DNA of 64,000 nt from a candidate division TM6 bacterium GW2011_GWF2_38_10 (GCA_000992305.1 LBTY01000001.1:848-64847); one strand, 5' to 3'; shown: positions 26,682 to 36,686, counted from the stretch's first letter. Translations and numbers: made by a program. The notes: generated from the sequence alone by a model not told the origin.

Positions 26682-28319
26682 ATGCTTTCTCGATTGTTAT
26701 TGTTGGCTTTATGTTTTAGCAATTACGCGGTATTTGCAACTTTACCACAAGATTCAGCTCAATCTGTATCGTCAAAAAGTCAGGATGAATCTATATCATA
26801 TGCTTCATTAACTGGTTGGAGTGCGGCTTGTTTGTCTTCTTATGATGAGCAGAAGGCGCCGAAAATGTATAGTTATCCAAGTCCAGTTTTATCATTTGAA
26901 GAATTTGTGCGTGTTTTTAATGAATATAAAGAAAATATGCAAGAAAAAGGAATTTTGAATGAAGCAACATGGAATGCTATTGATCAAAAAACTGCTATTT
27001 TATCTGATGACGTTAAGCATCCTCATGTAACCGTTTTACGAATAGGTAATGAGAGTAAGGTTTGTTTTATAGGTGATTTACATGGAAGTTTGCATTCATT
27101 ATTAAGAAGTTTGTGGCGGCTTGTAGCTCTTGGTTATTTGGATGATCAATTTAAGATAATAAAAAAAGATTTTTATATGGTTTTTACAGGCGATTATGTT
27201 GATCGAGGGCGTTTTAGTATTGAAGTTTTATACACGTTGTTGCGTTTAAAATGTGTTAATTGGGAACAAGTCTATCTTATTCGTGGAAACCATGAAAAAA
27301 TATTTCTGGATATGGTTGAACCACGAGTAATAGACTTCGAGATTGAAAAGAAGTATGGGTATGAACAATATGAAGAAATTAATCCGTTATTATATCAATT
27401 ATATGATACAATGCCTTTAGCTGTTTATATTGTTGTTAATGACGAAGTAATAAAAGCTGTTCATGGTGGGTTTGCTCCATATAGTTATTATGATGTTAAT
27501 CATTTAAAAAATAATAAAGAAGTGCCTGAATCTTTACCTTCAATTAGGTATATTTATATTCCACTTGGGTCACAAGGGAATTTTAGTGATCAATATCCGG
27601 AGAATAGTTATTCTGGATATCAGTGGTGTGATTTTGAAATATATAAAAAACCTAAATCTTCAAAAAATTTAGAATTTTTTAAAGATTCTTTATCACAAGA
27701 TTTTATTAAAAAAGCAGGATCCCGTATTTGGCGTGTTGGCCGCTCTGCTAGTCAGTTGTTACTTGAAAAAGCTGGAATCCGCCTTATGATGAGGGGCCAT
27801 CAACATCATTCTTTTGGTTTAAAGGTTTTGGGAATTTCAGGGGATTCTGATACGTTTAAACCTGCAACGGGTGATTGGTGTCGTGGAAATCCTAGTTTGT
27901 ATAATTGGGTGGCTGCGCTTTCTCATATTGGTGCGATTGATGAACATAATGAATCTGATGGATTTTTAGTTTCTAAAATGATTCCTATTTTTACTTTTTC
28001 TTCAGCAATAGAAGGGGTTGGTGTAAAAAGTGATTGTTTTGGTATTCTAAGTATCAAAGGGCCGTTTGAAGAATGGAGACTTAAAGTCTATGAGTTCCCA
28101 GTTTGGTTTGCTTCAACTAATCCATCAATAAGCAAATTAACCAATCCTTTTACGTTGATTAAACCAATAAATAAAACTATTCAAGATAAATCGTACAAAT
28201 CTACCTCTGGCATGGAGGATTCTATTTTTGTAGAATTTTCAGAAGAGCAAGGTGATCAAGCAACAATTAAAGGATGGTTGCAAGAGATTGTTAATACGTC
28301 TGCTGGCAATAATCAATAA
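26682..28319 (+). CDS. Exported PPP-family phosphatase-like protein, tandem copy 2
   Basis: Leader MLSRLLLLALCFSNYAVFA. Same motif set: GDLHGSLHS, GDYVDRGRFSIEVLYTLLRLK, RGNHE, VHGGFAP, RGHQH, FSSAIEGVG. Has a 50-nt run identical to copy 1 (27156-27205 equals 25348-25397). An alternative start lies at 26670. Confidence 0.8.
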   Translation: MLSRLLLLALCFSNYAVFATLPQDSAQSVSSKSQDESISYASLTGWSAACLSSYDEQKAPKMYSYPSPVLSFEEFVRVFNEYKENMQEKGILNEATWNAIDQKTAILSDDVKHPHVTVLRIGNESKVCFIGDLHGSLHSLLRSLWRLVALGYLDDQFKIIKKDFYMVFTGDYVDRGRFSIEVLYTLLRLKCVNWEQVYLIRGNHEKIFLDMVEPRVIDFEIEKKYGYEQYEEINPLLYQLYDTMPLAVYIVVNDEVIKAVHGGFAPYSYYDVNHLKNNKEVPESLPSIRYIYIPLGSQGNFSDQYPENSYSGYQWCDFEIYKKPKSSKNLEFFKDSLSQDFIKKAGSRIWRVGRSASQLLLEKAGIRLMMRGHQHHSFGLKVLGISGDSDTFKPATGDWCRGNPSLYNWVAALSHIGAIDEHNESDGFLVSKMIPIFTFSSAIEGVGVKSDCFGILSIKGPFEEWRLKVYEFPVWFASTNPSISKLTNPFTLIKPINKTIQDKSYKSTSGMEDSIFVEFSEEQGDQATIKGWLQEIVNTSAGNNQ

Positions 28320-28364
28320 GCATCAGAAGGTTTTGATGTGCAGAATTAATTAAAAGGGGCGGTT

Positions 28365-30044
28365 ATGAAAAAAGTTGTAATGTTATTGTTTGGTCTTTTG
28401 ATTGTGTGTCAGGAAGTGCATGCATTAATGGAACAACGATTTTTTCATAGCCGCTTACATGCCTTACCTTCAGCATTATACTATAAAAATTTAATGCAAA
28501 AGACATCATTGCCAGAAGAAAAAAAAGTTCGGTTACCGCGTTTATCTTCACAAGACGTGCAAGATTATTATCAGTCCTATGAAGGATCTATTCCTTATAC
28601 ATTTACAACATTTTCATTATGGAGCGCGCGTTGTTTTTCGTCATATGATGAACAGTTTAGTAATTATGATTATCTTTCTGATTCTATTTTACCAGCCCAG
28701 GAATTATTGCGTGTTTTGTATGATTTTAGAGGCAAGGCAGCAAGCGCGGGGGTTCGAGTTAATGTTTCTTCTGATGAATCTGATGAGAGTAGTGAAAATT
28801 ACATAAAAAATGCACATGCTGCACAAGTTCGGCTTGAGGGTGATAGTACCATATGTTTTATTGGGGATTTGCATGGAAGTATTCATTCATTGTTGCGGAA
28901 TTTATGGCGACTTGTTGCATTGGGCTATCTGGGTGATGATTTTGTTATAAAAGATAAACATTTTCATATGGTTTTTACGGGTGATTATGTTGATCGGGGT
29001 CGTTATGGTGCGGAGGTTTTGTATACACTTTTGCGGTTGAAATGTGCAAACTGGGATTCTGTGTTTTTAGTTCGTGGAAACCATGAATTGCCAATTGTTA
29101 ATAATCGCATTGTTTCAAAGGGTGGAGGTTTTTCAAAAGAATTACAGTTAAAATATGCTGATAATGCTGATTATGTAAAATCTATGATTTACAGAGCATA
29201 TCAGGATTTGCCTTTGGCTCTTTATATAACCAAAGAAAGCAAAACAATACTTGCGTGTCATGGTGGATTTGCGCCATTTCCTTATTACACAGAATTATTA
29301 AAAAAATTTCAGACACTTTCTGCTGAAAAAAAAGTTTATTATTTGCCGATTACGTTAGATAAAAATGAATTAATTTCTTGCGGGTTTCAATGGTGCGACA
29401 TTTATCAATGCGATTCTGTTGGGGTACCTCAAGAGATTTTAGCGGATTCTTTACGGGTTTGGGCAATGTCAGTTCCATGCGTTTTAAAAAAAATGCATGA
29501 GGCGGGAGTGTGTGCTTTTTTTCGAGGTCATCAGCATCGAGAGTATGGTATGAAAATGTTTTTGCATCAAGCAACCTATGATCATTTGCAGATGGACTCA
29601 TCTAAACGATTACCGAGTATTTTTCATTGGCGTGTTGCCCTTAAGTATGCTCCTTTAGGCAAGGGAATTGATGAACATAATGGGAGTGGATTTTTATTAA
29701 AAAATCATATACCTGTTTTTACCTTTTCTTCTGCCACTGAAGGAGTAGGGATCCCCTTTGATTGTTTTGGTTTGTTATTTGCTCATGGTGATTATGATTT
29801 TTGGCGTTTAAAAGTTTTTGAATATCCTTGTGCTTTGGGGTTTTCTTCATATAAAAAAAATAGTCATGTTTTTACACAAATTGTGCCAAACGATAATGAA
29901 GATACCCGAGTGCTGAATGATGTGTTACAATCAACATCGGGCATCAAAGATATAGTGTCTATTCAATTTTCTTTACATGCTCAGGATGAAGATGATCTAA
30001 AAAAAACACTTATAGATATTGCATCTTCAGTTTCAGCTAACTGA
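28365..30044 (+). CDS. Exported PPP-family phosphatase-like protein, tandem copy 3
   Basis: Leader MKKVVMLLFGLLIVCQEVHA. Motifs GDLHGSIHS, GDYVDRGRYGAEVLYTLLRLK, RGNHE, CHGGFAP, RGHQH, FSSATEGVG. RBS aagggg. Confidence 0.8.
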   Translation: MKKVVMLLFGLLIVCQEVHALMEQRFFHSRLHALPSALYYKNLMQKTSLPEEKKVRLPRLSSQDVQDYYQSYEGSIPYTFTTFSLWSARCFSSYDEQFSNYDYLSDSILPAQELLRVLYDFRGKAASAGVRVNVSSDESDESSENYIKNAHAAQVRLEGDSTICFIGDLHGSIHSLLRNLWRLVALGYLGDDFVIKDKHFHMVFTGDYVDRGRYGAEVLYTLLRLKCANWDSVFLVRGNHELPIVNNRIVSKGGGFSKELQLKYADNADYVKSMIYRAYQDLPLALYITKESKTILACHGGFAPFPYYTELLKKFQTLSAEKKVYYLPITLDKNELISCGFQWCDIYQCDSVGVPQEILADSLRVWAMSVPCVLKKMHEAGVCAFFRGHQHREYGMKMFLHQATYDHLQMDSSKRLPSIFHWRVALKYAPLGKGIDEHNGSGFLLKNHIPVFTFSSATEGVGIPFDCFGLLFAHGDYDFWRLKVFEYPCALGFSSYKKNSHVFTQIVPNDNEDTRVLNDVLQSTSGIKDIVSIQFSLHAQDEDDLKKTLIDIASSVSAN

Positions 30045-31112
30045 TTAAGAAAGTGTGTCAAGAAAACGTTTTGCTTGCAGCGCCGCGCGGCAACCATCGC
30101 CTGCAGCTGTTATAGCTTGTATAAAATGATTGTCTGCAATATCTCCCGCTGCAAAAATACCAGGGCGCGATGTTTCTTGATGATTTTTAAGAGTGATAAA
30201 TCCTTGTGGCGTGAGTTCAAGTTGATCTTTAAAAAGGGTTGTATTTGGACGAGATCCTATGGCCAAAAAGATTCCATCAACTGCGATTGTTTCTTGTTTA
30301 TTTGTTTTTGTGTTTGTTGTGTGAATAGCAGTAACGCCATAAGCATCACCTTCTATTTGGTGAGGGGCAGTATTAAAGCGTACTGAAACATTTTCTTTTT
30401 TTAGCAATAGATCCAGCGCCTTTTTGTCTTTTGCTGCAAAAACATCTTTGCGGATAAGCATGGTGACCGAAGAGGCAATGTTCGATAAATAATGAGCTTG
30501 CTCAACCGCAGAGTCTCCGCCGCCAACAACAACAACTTTTTTATTTTTGTAAAATGCACCATCGCATACAGCACAATTGCTTACGCCGCGCCCCCAAAAA
30601 CCATCTTCTCCTTGTTCACCTGGTATGTGCAAAAAGTTTGGCTCGGTGCCCATTGCAATAATGCACGTGTGAGTTGCGATTGTTTTAAGTTTTCCATCAG
30701 GTAGTTCAATGGTTATTTGATAGGGTAGTGAGGTAAATGTAACGTTTTGTACTACGCCATCTATTATAGTCGCACCGCTTTGGAGCGCGTGTTTTTTTAT
30801 TTTTTCTACAATCGAAGCTCCAGATACGTGATATTCTCCTGGCCAATTATTAACTTCATGTGATTGTCCGAGAGCCCCTCCGGGTTTTGGTCCTTCAACC
30901 ACAAGGGCTGGGATGTTACTTTGCTGCAGGTAAATCGAAGCTGTTAAGCCTGCAATGCCGCCGCCGAGTATAACAACAGGGACTATGTCTTGAGGCTTGA
31001 CCGATTGAGGCTTTGAATTTTCCTCTATGGTTGTTTTGGTGCAGCTTGTAAACAACGTAAGGCAAACAACACTACAGAGTGTTATTATATTTTTTTTTAT
31101 TGTCATATTCAT
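30045..31112 (-). CDS. Thioredoxin-reductase-like flavoprotein with an N-terminal lipoprotein-type leader
   Basis: GGGIAGLTA (FAD), CAVCDG (redox-active dithiol), GGGDSAVEQA (NAD(P)H), FAAGD. About 44 extra N-terminal residues: MNMTIKKNIITLCSVVCLTLFTSC-TKT. Lies 21 nt downstream of phosphatase copy 4. Confidence 0.75.
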   Translation of the reverse strand: MNMTIKKNIITLCSVVCLTLFTSCTKTTIEENSKPQSVKPQDIVPVVILGGGIAGLTASIYLQQSNIPALVVEGPKPGGALGQSHEVNNWPGEYHVSGASIVEKIKKHALQSGATIIDGVVQNVTFTSLPYQITIELPDGKLKTIATHTCIIAMGTEPNFLHIPGEQGEDGFWGRGVSNCAVCDGAFYKNKKVVVVGGGDSAVEQAHYLSNIASSVTMLIRKDVFAAKDKKALDLLLKKENVSVRFNTAPHQIEGDAYGVTAIHTTNTKTNKQETIAVDGIFLAIGSRPNTTLFKDQLELTPQGFITLKNHQETSRPGIFAAGDIADNHFIQAITAAGDGCRAALQAKRFLDTLS

Positions 31113-31133
31113 AATTTCTCCTTTTAAAATGAA

Positions 31134-32747
31134 CTATATAAACAATTTTCTTTGCTGCGTAATAGCGGCGCTTTGGGGGAGTGTTATAACATTAGGTTTT
31201 ATAGGTGTTTTGGTAATAGGTTTTTTTTGTAGACCGGTGGGGGGCTTGGGAAGTCTAAAAATTTGTAGAGAAGTTCTTTGTTTTTTATAGTCCGAGAGCA
31301 TTCCGGGGTTGGGTAGAATAGTAATTTCTTGTGATTTTGTTTGCCATACATCATCATATTTATTTTTGCTAAAAGGATTGACTTGCCATGTGTCATAAAC
31401 CTTATTGAACGTTAATGTAATAAAATTATCATAATCCAAAATGTTTGCTAGGCTTGATATGGAAACAACGGGAAAGCTACTATTTTGAGGGTCAACTTGT
31501 AATAAGATTGGGTGTTTAATAGGGGTCCAGTTTGCAAGTTCTAAGTTTGATAAACAGCGGCTAGGTTCTGGGTGTTTGTTGTAAGCAAGTTGTGAGACGT
31601 ATTTAAGATGATCATGCCCACGGATAATGCCGCATACAGAATATACTTTTTCTTTACGATGGGCTTCTAGGTAATTGAGTGTGGCTATGCCGTGAAATTG
31701 TTGATCTTGGGCGGCGCCATTTGGAAGAGGGCATCTATTTCCTGGTAACTTTATTGCGGGAGCTTCAGGGTCGGAAAAAAAACTATTCCAAATAAGCCCA
31801 TTGTGCTTTGGAGCTTGAGGGTAAATGGTCATAGCGTTATTATTCATATTGCGAATGGTAAGATTTAACAGTTTATTAAATTGTAGGGAGAAATATTCAT
31901 TATTTTCAGCAAGAAAATCGGGAAGTCCTGCGTGAAAATATTGGGTAAATGTGTAAGAATTTTGTGCATTGAGTGTTCCTACAAAGCATGTTTGAGGGAG
32001 TAAGTAAAAAAGTTCAAAAAAGGCTCTGTTTAAAATATCATAAAAACAACTATCGCAAAATTTTTGGTATTTTATTGTTAATTCATTTAACATGCCATAC
32101 ATTTCTATGAGTTTTTTTGTTTCGTGATTTCCTTGAAGAATGGTAACTTTTTTGGGGTTTTTTTTGTAGAGCAATAAGGCAAGGAACCATGTTTCAATGC
32201 TATAGTGCCCACGATCGCCAAGGTCTCCGGTGAATATAAGATATGCATCTTTATCAAGTATGCCATCGCGGGTGATAAGTTTTCTTTTATAAAGAGCATT
32301 GATAATTCTTGCAAGAGAGTGCGCATTTCCATGAAGATCCCCAATAGAAATTATTGTCGCTTCTGGTTGAACGGTAAAGGCTTTAGCGCAGATTCCTTGT
32401 TCTTCGTCAAAAAGGCAATCAATATCTTGAGGGGAGAAATTATACAATTGTTTATACTCTTCTTTCATTGAGGAAAAAACATGAGCGATAAGATTTGAAA
32501 GCATTTCCATGGATATTATTGGTTCGTAGGATTCTCCAAAATCAGATGCTATATCCTCTGTGTATTCATATTCTGGGAGCTGTAAAATTGACTCACAAAC
32601 TTCAAAAAAGGATGAGTCTTGGTGGAGAGGTTCTAGCGTTTTTTTTAGTGAAGGAAGGTTTGACATAGGGTACATAGTTGAAGATCCTAAACACAGTATT
32701 GCTATGCAGGTAAGGATATTTTTTTTTAGTGATGAGAGCAAAAACAT
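31134..32747 (-). CDS. Exported PPP-family phosphatase-like protein, divergent subfamily (copy 4)
   Basis: Leader MFLLSSLKKNILTCIAILCLGSS. Motifs GDLHGNAHSLARI, GDLGDRGHYSIETW, QGNHE, RGHDH. RBS aaagga. Confidence 0.75.
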   Translation of the reverse strand: MFLLSSLKKNILTCIAILCLGSSTMYPMSNLPSLKKTLEPLHQDSSFFEVCESILQLPEYEYTEDIASDFGESYEPIISMEMLSNLIAHVFSSMKEEYKQLYNFSPQDIDCLFDEEQGICAKAFTVQPEATIISIGDLHGNAHSLARIINALYKRKLITRDGILDKDAYLIFTGDLGDRGHYSIETWFLALLLYKKNPKKVTILQGNHETKKLIEMYGMLNELTIKYQKFCDSCFYDILNRAFFELFYLLPQTCFVGTLNAQNSYTFTQYFHAGLPDFLAENNEYFSLQFNKLLNLTIRNMNNNAMTIYPQAPKHNGLIWNSFFSDPEAPAIKLPGNRCPLPNGAAQDQQFHGIATLNYLEAHRKEKVYSVCGIIRGHDHLKYVSQLAYNKHPEPSRCLSNLELANWTPIKHPILLQVDPQNSSFPVVSISSLANILDYDNFITLTFNKVYDTWQVNPFSKNKYDDVWQTKSQEITILPNPGMLSDYKKQRTSLQIFRLPKPPTGLQKKPITKTPIKPNVITLPQSAAITQQRKLFI

Positions 32748-32961
32748 TATGGTCCTTTAGGTAAAGTTTTTATTTTGGAGTACATATAAAAATGCAAAGA
32801 TAGGGGTTTGAATGTATGCTAAAAATATAATTATGCAATAAAAAAATAGAATTCGAAACTAATAACTATTTTTTAGTGATTTTAGTGAGATTTTTCTTGC
32901 AATATTTAAGGTATTTGGCAAACTATCTGGTAATTACTGGTTAAAACGCCTCAAGTATTTT

Positions 32962-33039
32962 GGGGCTGTAGCTCAGTTTGGTTAGAGCGTCCGCCTGTCA
33001 CGCGGAAGGTCGCGGGTTCGAGCCCCGTCAGCCCCGCCA
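32962..33039 (+). tRNA. tRNA-Asp (anticodon GUC), CCA encoded
   Basis: Hand-folded cloverleaf. Acceptor GGGGCTG/CAGCCCC. Anticodon arm TCCGC-CTGTCAC-GCGGA. T arm GCGGG-TTCGAGC-CCCGT. Close to the E. coli tRNA-Asp pattern. Confidence 0.92.
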
Positions 33040-33183
33040 GTTAATTTCAAAATTTTGCTATTCCATTTTCATTTCCCTTTTTATATTTTCCTTGTCTTGC
33101 GTAAAACTTTTACAATTGTTGCGTGTTGATCCTTTATTATGCTTTACTAAAAAATAAAAATATTGTTTTTGGGGGAGATGATT

Positions 33184-34698
33184 ATGATGATATGTTACGA
33201 TAGTATTATTCGAGTTTTTTACATTTTTGTGGTTTTTGTCTATGGAGCGCTTGCTGCGACCATCGCAGAGCAAGGTGGGTGGCGTAAGGTTCAGGCGCTT
33301 GCCAAGAATACCGTTGTTCAAATTTTTGTGCAGACGGCTTCGTTTGATTGGCTTGAGCCTTATAAGGCACCGAGCCAAAGTAAATCGTATGGAACTGGTT
33401 TTTTTATTGATGCTCAAGGTCATTTACTTACCAATTTTCATGTTATTGATCATGCGGTGAGTGTTAAGATTCAAATTCCAGCACTAGGAAAGGAACAGCT
33501 TGACGTGCATATTGTTGGGGTTTGTCCTGATCGTGACCTTGCGTTGCTTAAGTTGTCGCCGGAGTCTTTTGGGCGTATTACGGAGTATTTGGGCTCAATT
33601 CCTTGGTTAAAGCTTGGGGAGTCGGATAAGGTTGTACGTACGCAGGAAATTTTGGCGCTGGGGTATCCGCTTGGGCAAGAAAAATTAAAAAGCACTCAGG
33701 GGATTGTGAGTGGTCATGAATATGCCTGGGGTGAGGCATATATTCAAATTACGGCTGCGCTTAATCCAGGAAATTCTGGTGGACCATCATTAAATGCTCA
33801 AGGAGAGGTAGTTGGTATTAATACGGCGCGGATACCTGACGCACAAAATATTGGATATATCATTCCTATCGATAATCTAAAAAGCGTTATTCAGGATTTA
33901 CATAAAGTGCGGTTATTGCGCAAGCCTATTTTGGGGTGTGAATTTAATTATGGGAACAAGCCTATGATTGCATTTTTGCAAAATCCATTGCCGGGTGGGT
34001 TGTATATCACGCGTGTATACAAAGATTCGTTGTTAGAGCGGGCGGGTGTTTGTCCAGGGGATATGATGTACAAAATAAATGGGTATTCGGTTGATCGTTA
34101 CGGTGAGCTTGATGTGCCATGGAGCGAGGATAAAGTTCCGCTCGCTGCACTTTTAAATAGATTTGAATTAGGTCAGCGCTTGAATATTGTGGTGTTCCGT
34201 CATGGGCTAGAGCATTCGATAGAATTATTATTTGAGCATACGCAACCGCTTGCAATTCGCAAGATGTATCCAGGGTTTGAGCCTATTTTGTATGAAATAT
34301 TTGGAGGGATGGTTGTGATGGAGCTCGCCTTGAATCATCTTGAGCCTTTGGAAGATATTGAGCCAAAACTCATTCGATATCGAGAGCGAAAAAATCAATA
34401 CAAGGGACGGTTAGTAGTAACGCATTTATTCCCTAATTCTCCTGCGCAACGAGCTCGTGTTGTGTGTGTGGGGGATTTATTGGTTGAGGTAAATGGCAAA
34501 AAGGTGAGAACTATTGATGAGTTTCGTGAGTGTATTAAGATGAGCGGGGAGTATTGTACGTTTGCCATGCATGATAAGAAATTTATGGTGCTTGCAACTC
34601 GTGATGTTGTTGCGTCTGAACCTTTATTGGCTCAGCGTTATTTTTATACACCGTCACCACTTATAGAAGCGTTAGGTGGTATCTTGGATGGAAAATAG
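33184..34698 (+). CDS. HtrA/DegP-family serine protease, paralogue 2
   Basis: TNFHVI, DLALLKL, GNSGGPSL. Collinear with 22339-23985. The ATG at 33184 follows gggggag. The track start at 33163 is a TTG. Confidence 0.8.
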   Translation: MMICYDSIIRVFYIFVVFVYGALAATIAEQGGWRKVQALAKNTVVQIFVQTASFDWLEPYKAPSQSKSYGTGFFIDAQGHLLTNFHVIDHAVSVKIQIPALGKEQLDVHIVGVCPDRDLALLKLSPESFGRITEYLGSIPWLKLGESDKVVRTQEILALGYPLGQEKLKSTQGIVSGHEYAWGEAYIQITAALNPGNSGGPSLNAQGEVVGINTARIPDAQNIGYIIPIDNLKSVIQDLHKVRLLRKPILGCEFNYGNKPMIAFLQNPLPGGLYITRVYKDSLLERAGVCPGDMMYKINGYSVDRYGELDVPWSEDKVPLAALLNRFELGQRLNIVVFRHGLEHSIELLFEHTQPLAIRKMYPGFEPILYEIFGGMVVMELALNHLEPLEDIEPKLIRYRERKNQYKGRLVVTHLFPNSPAQRARVVCVGDLLVEVNGKKVRTIDEFRECIKMSGEYCTFAMHDKKFMVLATRDVVASEPLLAQRYFYTPSPLIEALGGILDGK

Positions 34699-34760
34699 TA
34701 CAAAAAGAATGAATTGATCATTTTATTGCGTAAAAAAAAAGCTGATGTATACTGTAGAAC

Positions 34761-36686
34761 ATGATTATATTAAAAAATTTATCACTTAACCTTGGTGGGA
34801 AGGTTATATTTAACGATATATCTCTTACAATAGCTCAAGATCATCGTATTGCGCTTGTTGGAAAAAATGGTAGCGGCAAAACAACTTTGTTGAAAGTCAT
34901 TAGTGGTCAGCAGGCTTTAGACTTTGGTCAGGTTTCTATTGAAAAACGTAAGACAGTAGCATATCTTCCTCAGGAAGTAGTGTTGGCTTCGGCGCGTTCA
35001 ATTTTGGATGAAACACTTTCGGTATATGAAGATGTTGTTCTTGCAAAAACTGAATTAAAAGCCCACGAAGAAAGTCTTATTGCATATAAAAATAATCCCG
35101 AAAAAAGTTTAGAACTTATTGAGCGTATTGCAGAATTGCAATATTTTCTTGTTGAACATGATTTTGATCAATTGGTGTTAGAAACTAAAAAAATGTTACA
35201 GGGTCTAGGCTTTTTGCCAACCTCATTTGACCAGCCAGTGGCAACGTTGAGTGTTGGTTGGAAAATGCGTATTGTGCTCGCAAAATTATTATTGCAAAAA
35301 GCAGATTTTTATATTTTTGATGAACCAACAAACCATTTGGATATTTTAGCAAAAGATTGGTTACTTGGTTTTTTACAGCAGTCAACGTTTGGTTTTATGC
35401 TTGTGTGTCACGATCGATTATTTCTTGATAAACTTTGCCCCTTAACGTTTGAACTTGATCGCGGGCGCGGAAAGTTATATCGTGGCAATTATTCTTCTTA
35501 TCTTGAAACAAAAGAAAAAGAGCTGGAGGCGCAAGAGGTTGCTTATGCCGAACAGCAGCGTGAAATAAAACACAAGATGGAAATTATCAATAAATTCCGA
35601 GCAAAGGCGTCAAAGGCTTCGACGGCTCAGAGTATGTTGCGGGCGCTTGAAAAAATTGAGCTTGTTGAGATTGTGCCGCCGCCGCCTAAAATTAAACTCA
35701 ATTTTTCTGCGGTTAAACAGCCTGGAAAAATAGTTTTAAAAGTGCATGATATTGCGCATGCTTTTGAAAAAAAGCAATTATTTAAAAATGTTTCATTTGA
35801 ATTGGTGCGCGGGGATAAGGCTGCAATTGTTGCTTCAAATGGTGTGGGGAAAACAACGTTATTAAATATTATTATGGGGGCAATTCGTTGCCAGCATGGT
35901 ACTATTGAGCGTGGGCATAATGTTTCTATTGCATTGTTTGAGCAGGATCAAGATCGTGTTCTTGATAAAAAGAAAACAGTTTATGAGGAGGTAGAATCGG
36001 CATGCACTACGCAGGCAATGCGCATGCAAATACGTCCTTTGTTGGGATCTTTTTTATTTTCAGGTGATGACGTTGATAAAAAAATTGGCGTGTTGAGCGG
36101 TGGGGAGCGTAATCGTGTTGCAATGGTAAAGGTATTGTTGCAGCATGCAAATGTATTAATTCTTGACGAGCCAACAAACCATCTTGATATTGATTCAAAA
36201 GATATATTGTTAAAAGCGCTTGGTCAATTTCCAGGGACCATTTTGTTTGTTTCACACGATCACACTTTTTTAAATGGATTGGCTACTCGAATTTTAGAAT
36301 TATCTCCAAGCGGAGTGGTTTCGTATGAAGGTAATTTTGATTCATATCATTATCAAAAGGAGCAACAAGAGATTGCTCGTATGCAAAGTATTGAATCAAC
36401 AAAGCCTGAGAAGAGAGCGGCTGTTGCAAAACCCCAAGCACAACAAGAAAAAAAGAGCTTAAGCGGCAAAGAGCTTTATGAAATCAAGAAAAAAATGGAA
36501 AGTATTGAGCGTAAGATGGAGACGCTCGAGAAAAAGCAAGCAGATTGTGCAAGTAGATTAGAGTCTGTAGTCTATGGGAGTGTTCCGTTTGCAAAAATAT
36601 TTGATGAAATGGAGCAATACAAAAAAGATATATCCGAAGCTCTCGCGCAGTGGGAAGATTGCGCAAAAAGCCTTGAAAATCAATAA
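34761..36686 (+). CDS. ABC-F family ATPase (two ABC domains, no transmembrane domain)
   Basis: Two Walker A motifs (GKNGSGKTT, ASNGVGKTT). Two signature motifs (LSVGWKMR, LSGGERNR). Two Walker B motifs (FDEPTNHLD, LDEPTNHLD). Coiled-coil C-terminal tail. Confidence 0.88.
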   Translation: MIILKNLSLNLGGKVIFNDISLTIAQDHRIALVGKNGSGKTTLLKVISGQQALDFGQVSIEKRKTVAYLPQEVVLASARSILDETLSVYEDVVLAKTELKAHEESLIAYKNNPEKSLELIERIAELQYFLVEHDFDQLVLETKKMLQGLGFLPTSFDQPVATLSVGWKMRIVLAKLLLQKADFYIFDEPTNHLDILAKDWLLGFLQQSTFGFMLVCHDRLFLDKLCPLTFELDRGRGKLYRGNYSSYLETKEKELEAQEVAYAEQQREIKHKMEIINKFRAKASKASTAQSMLRALEKIELVEIVPPPPKIKLNFSAVKQPGKIVLKVHDIAHAFEKKQLFKNVSFELVRGDKAAIVASNGVGKTTLLNIIMGAIRCQHGTIERGHNVSIALFEQDQDRVLDKKKTVYEEVESACTTQAMRMQIRPLLGSFLFSGDDVDKKIGVLSGGERNRVAMVKVLLQHANVLILDEPTNHLDIDSKDILLKALGQFPGTILFVSHDHTFLNGLATRILELSPSGVVSYEGNFDSYHYQKEQQEIARMQSIESTKPEKRAAVAKPQAQQEKKSLSGKELYEIKKKMESIERKMETLEKKQADCASRLESVVYGSVPFAKIFDEMEQYKKDISEALAQWEDCAKSLENQ

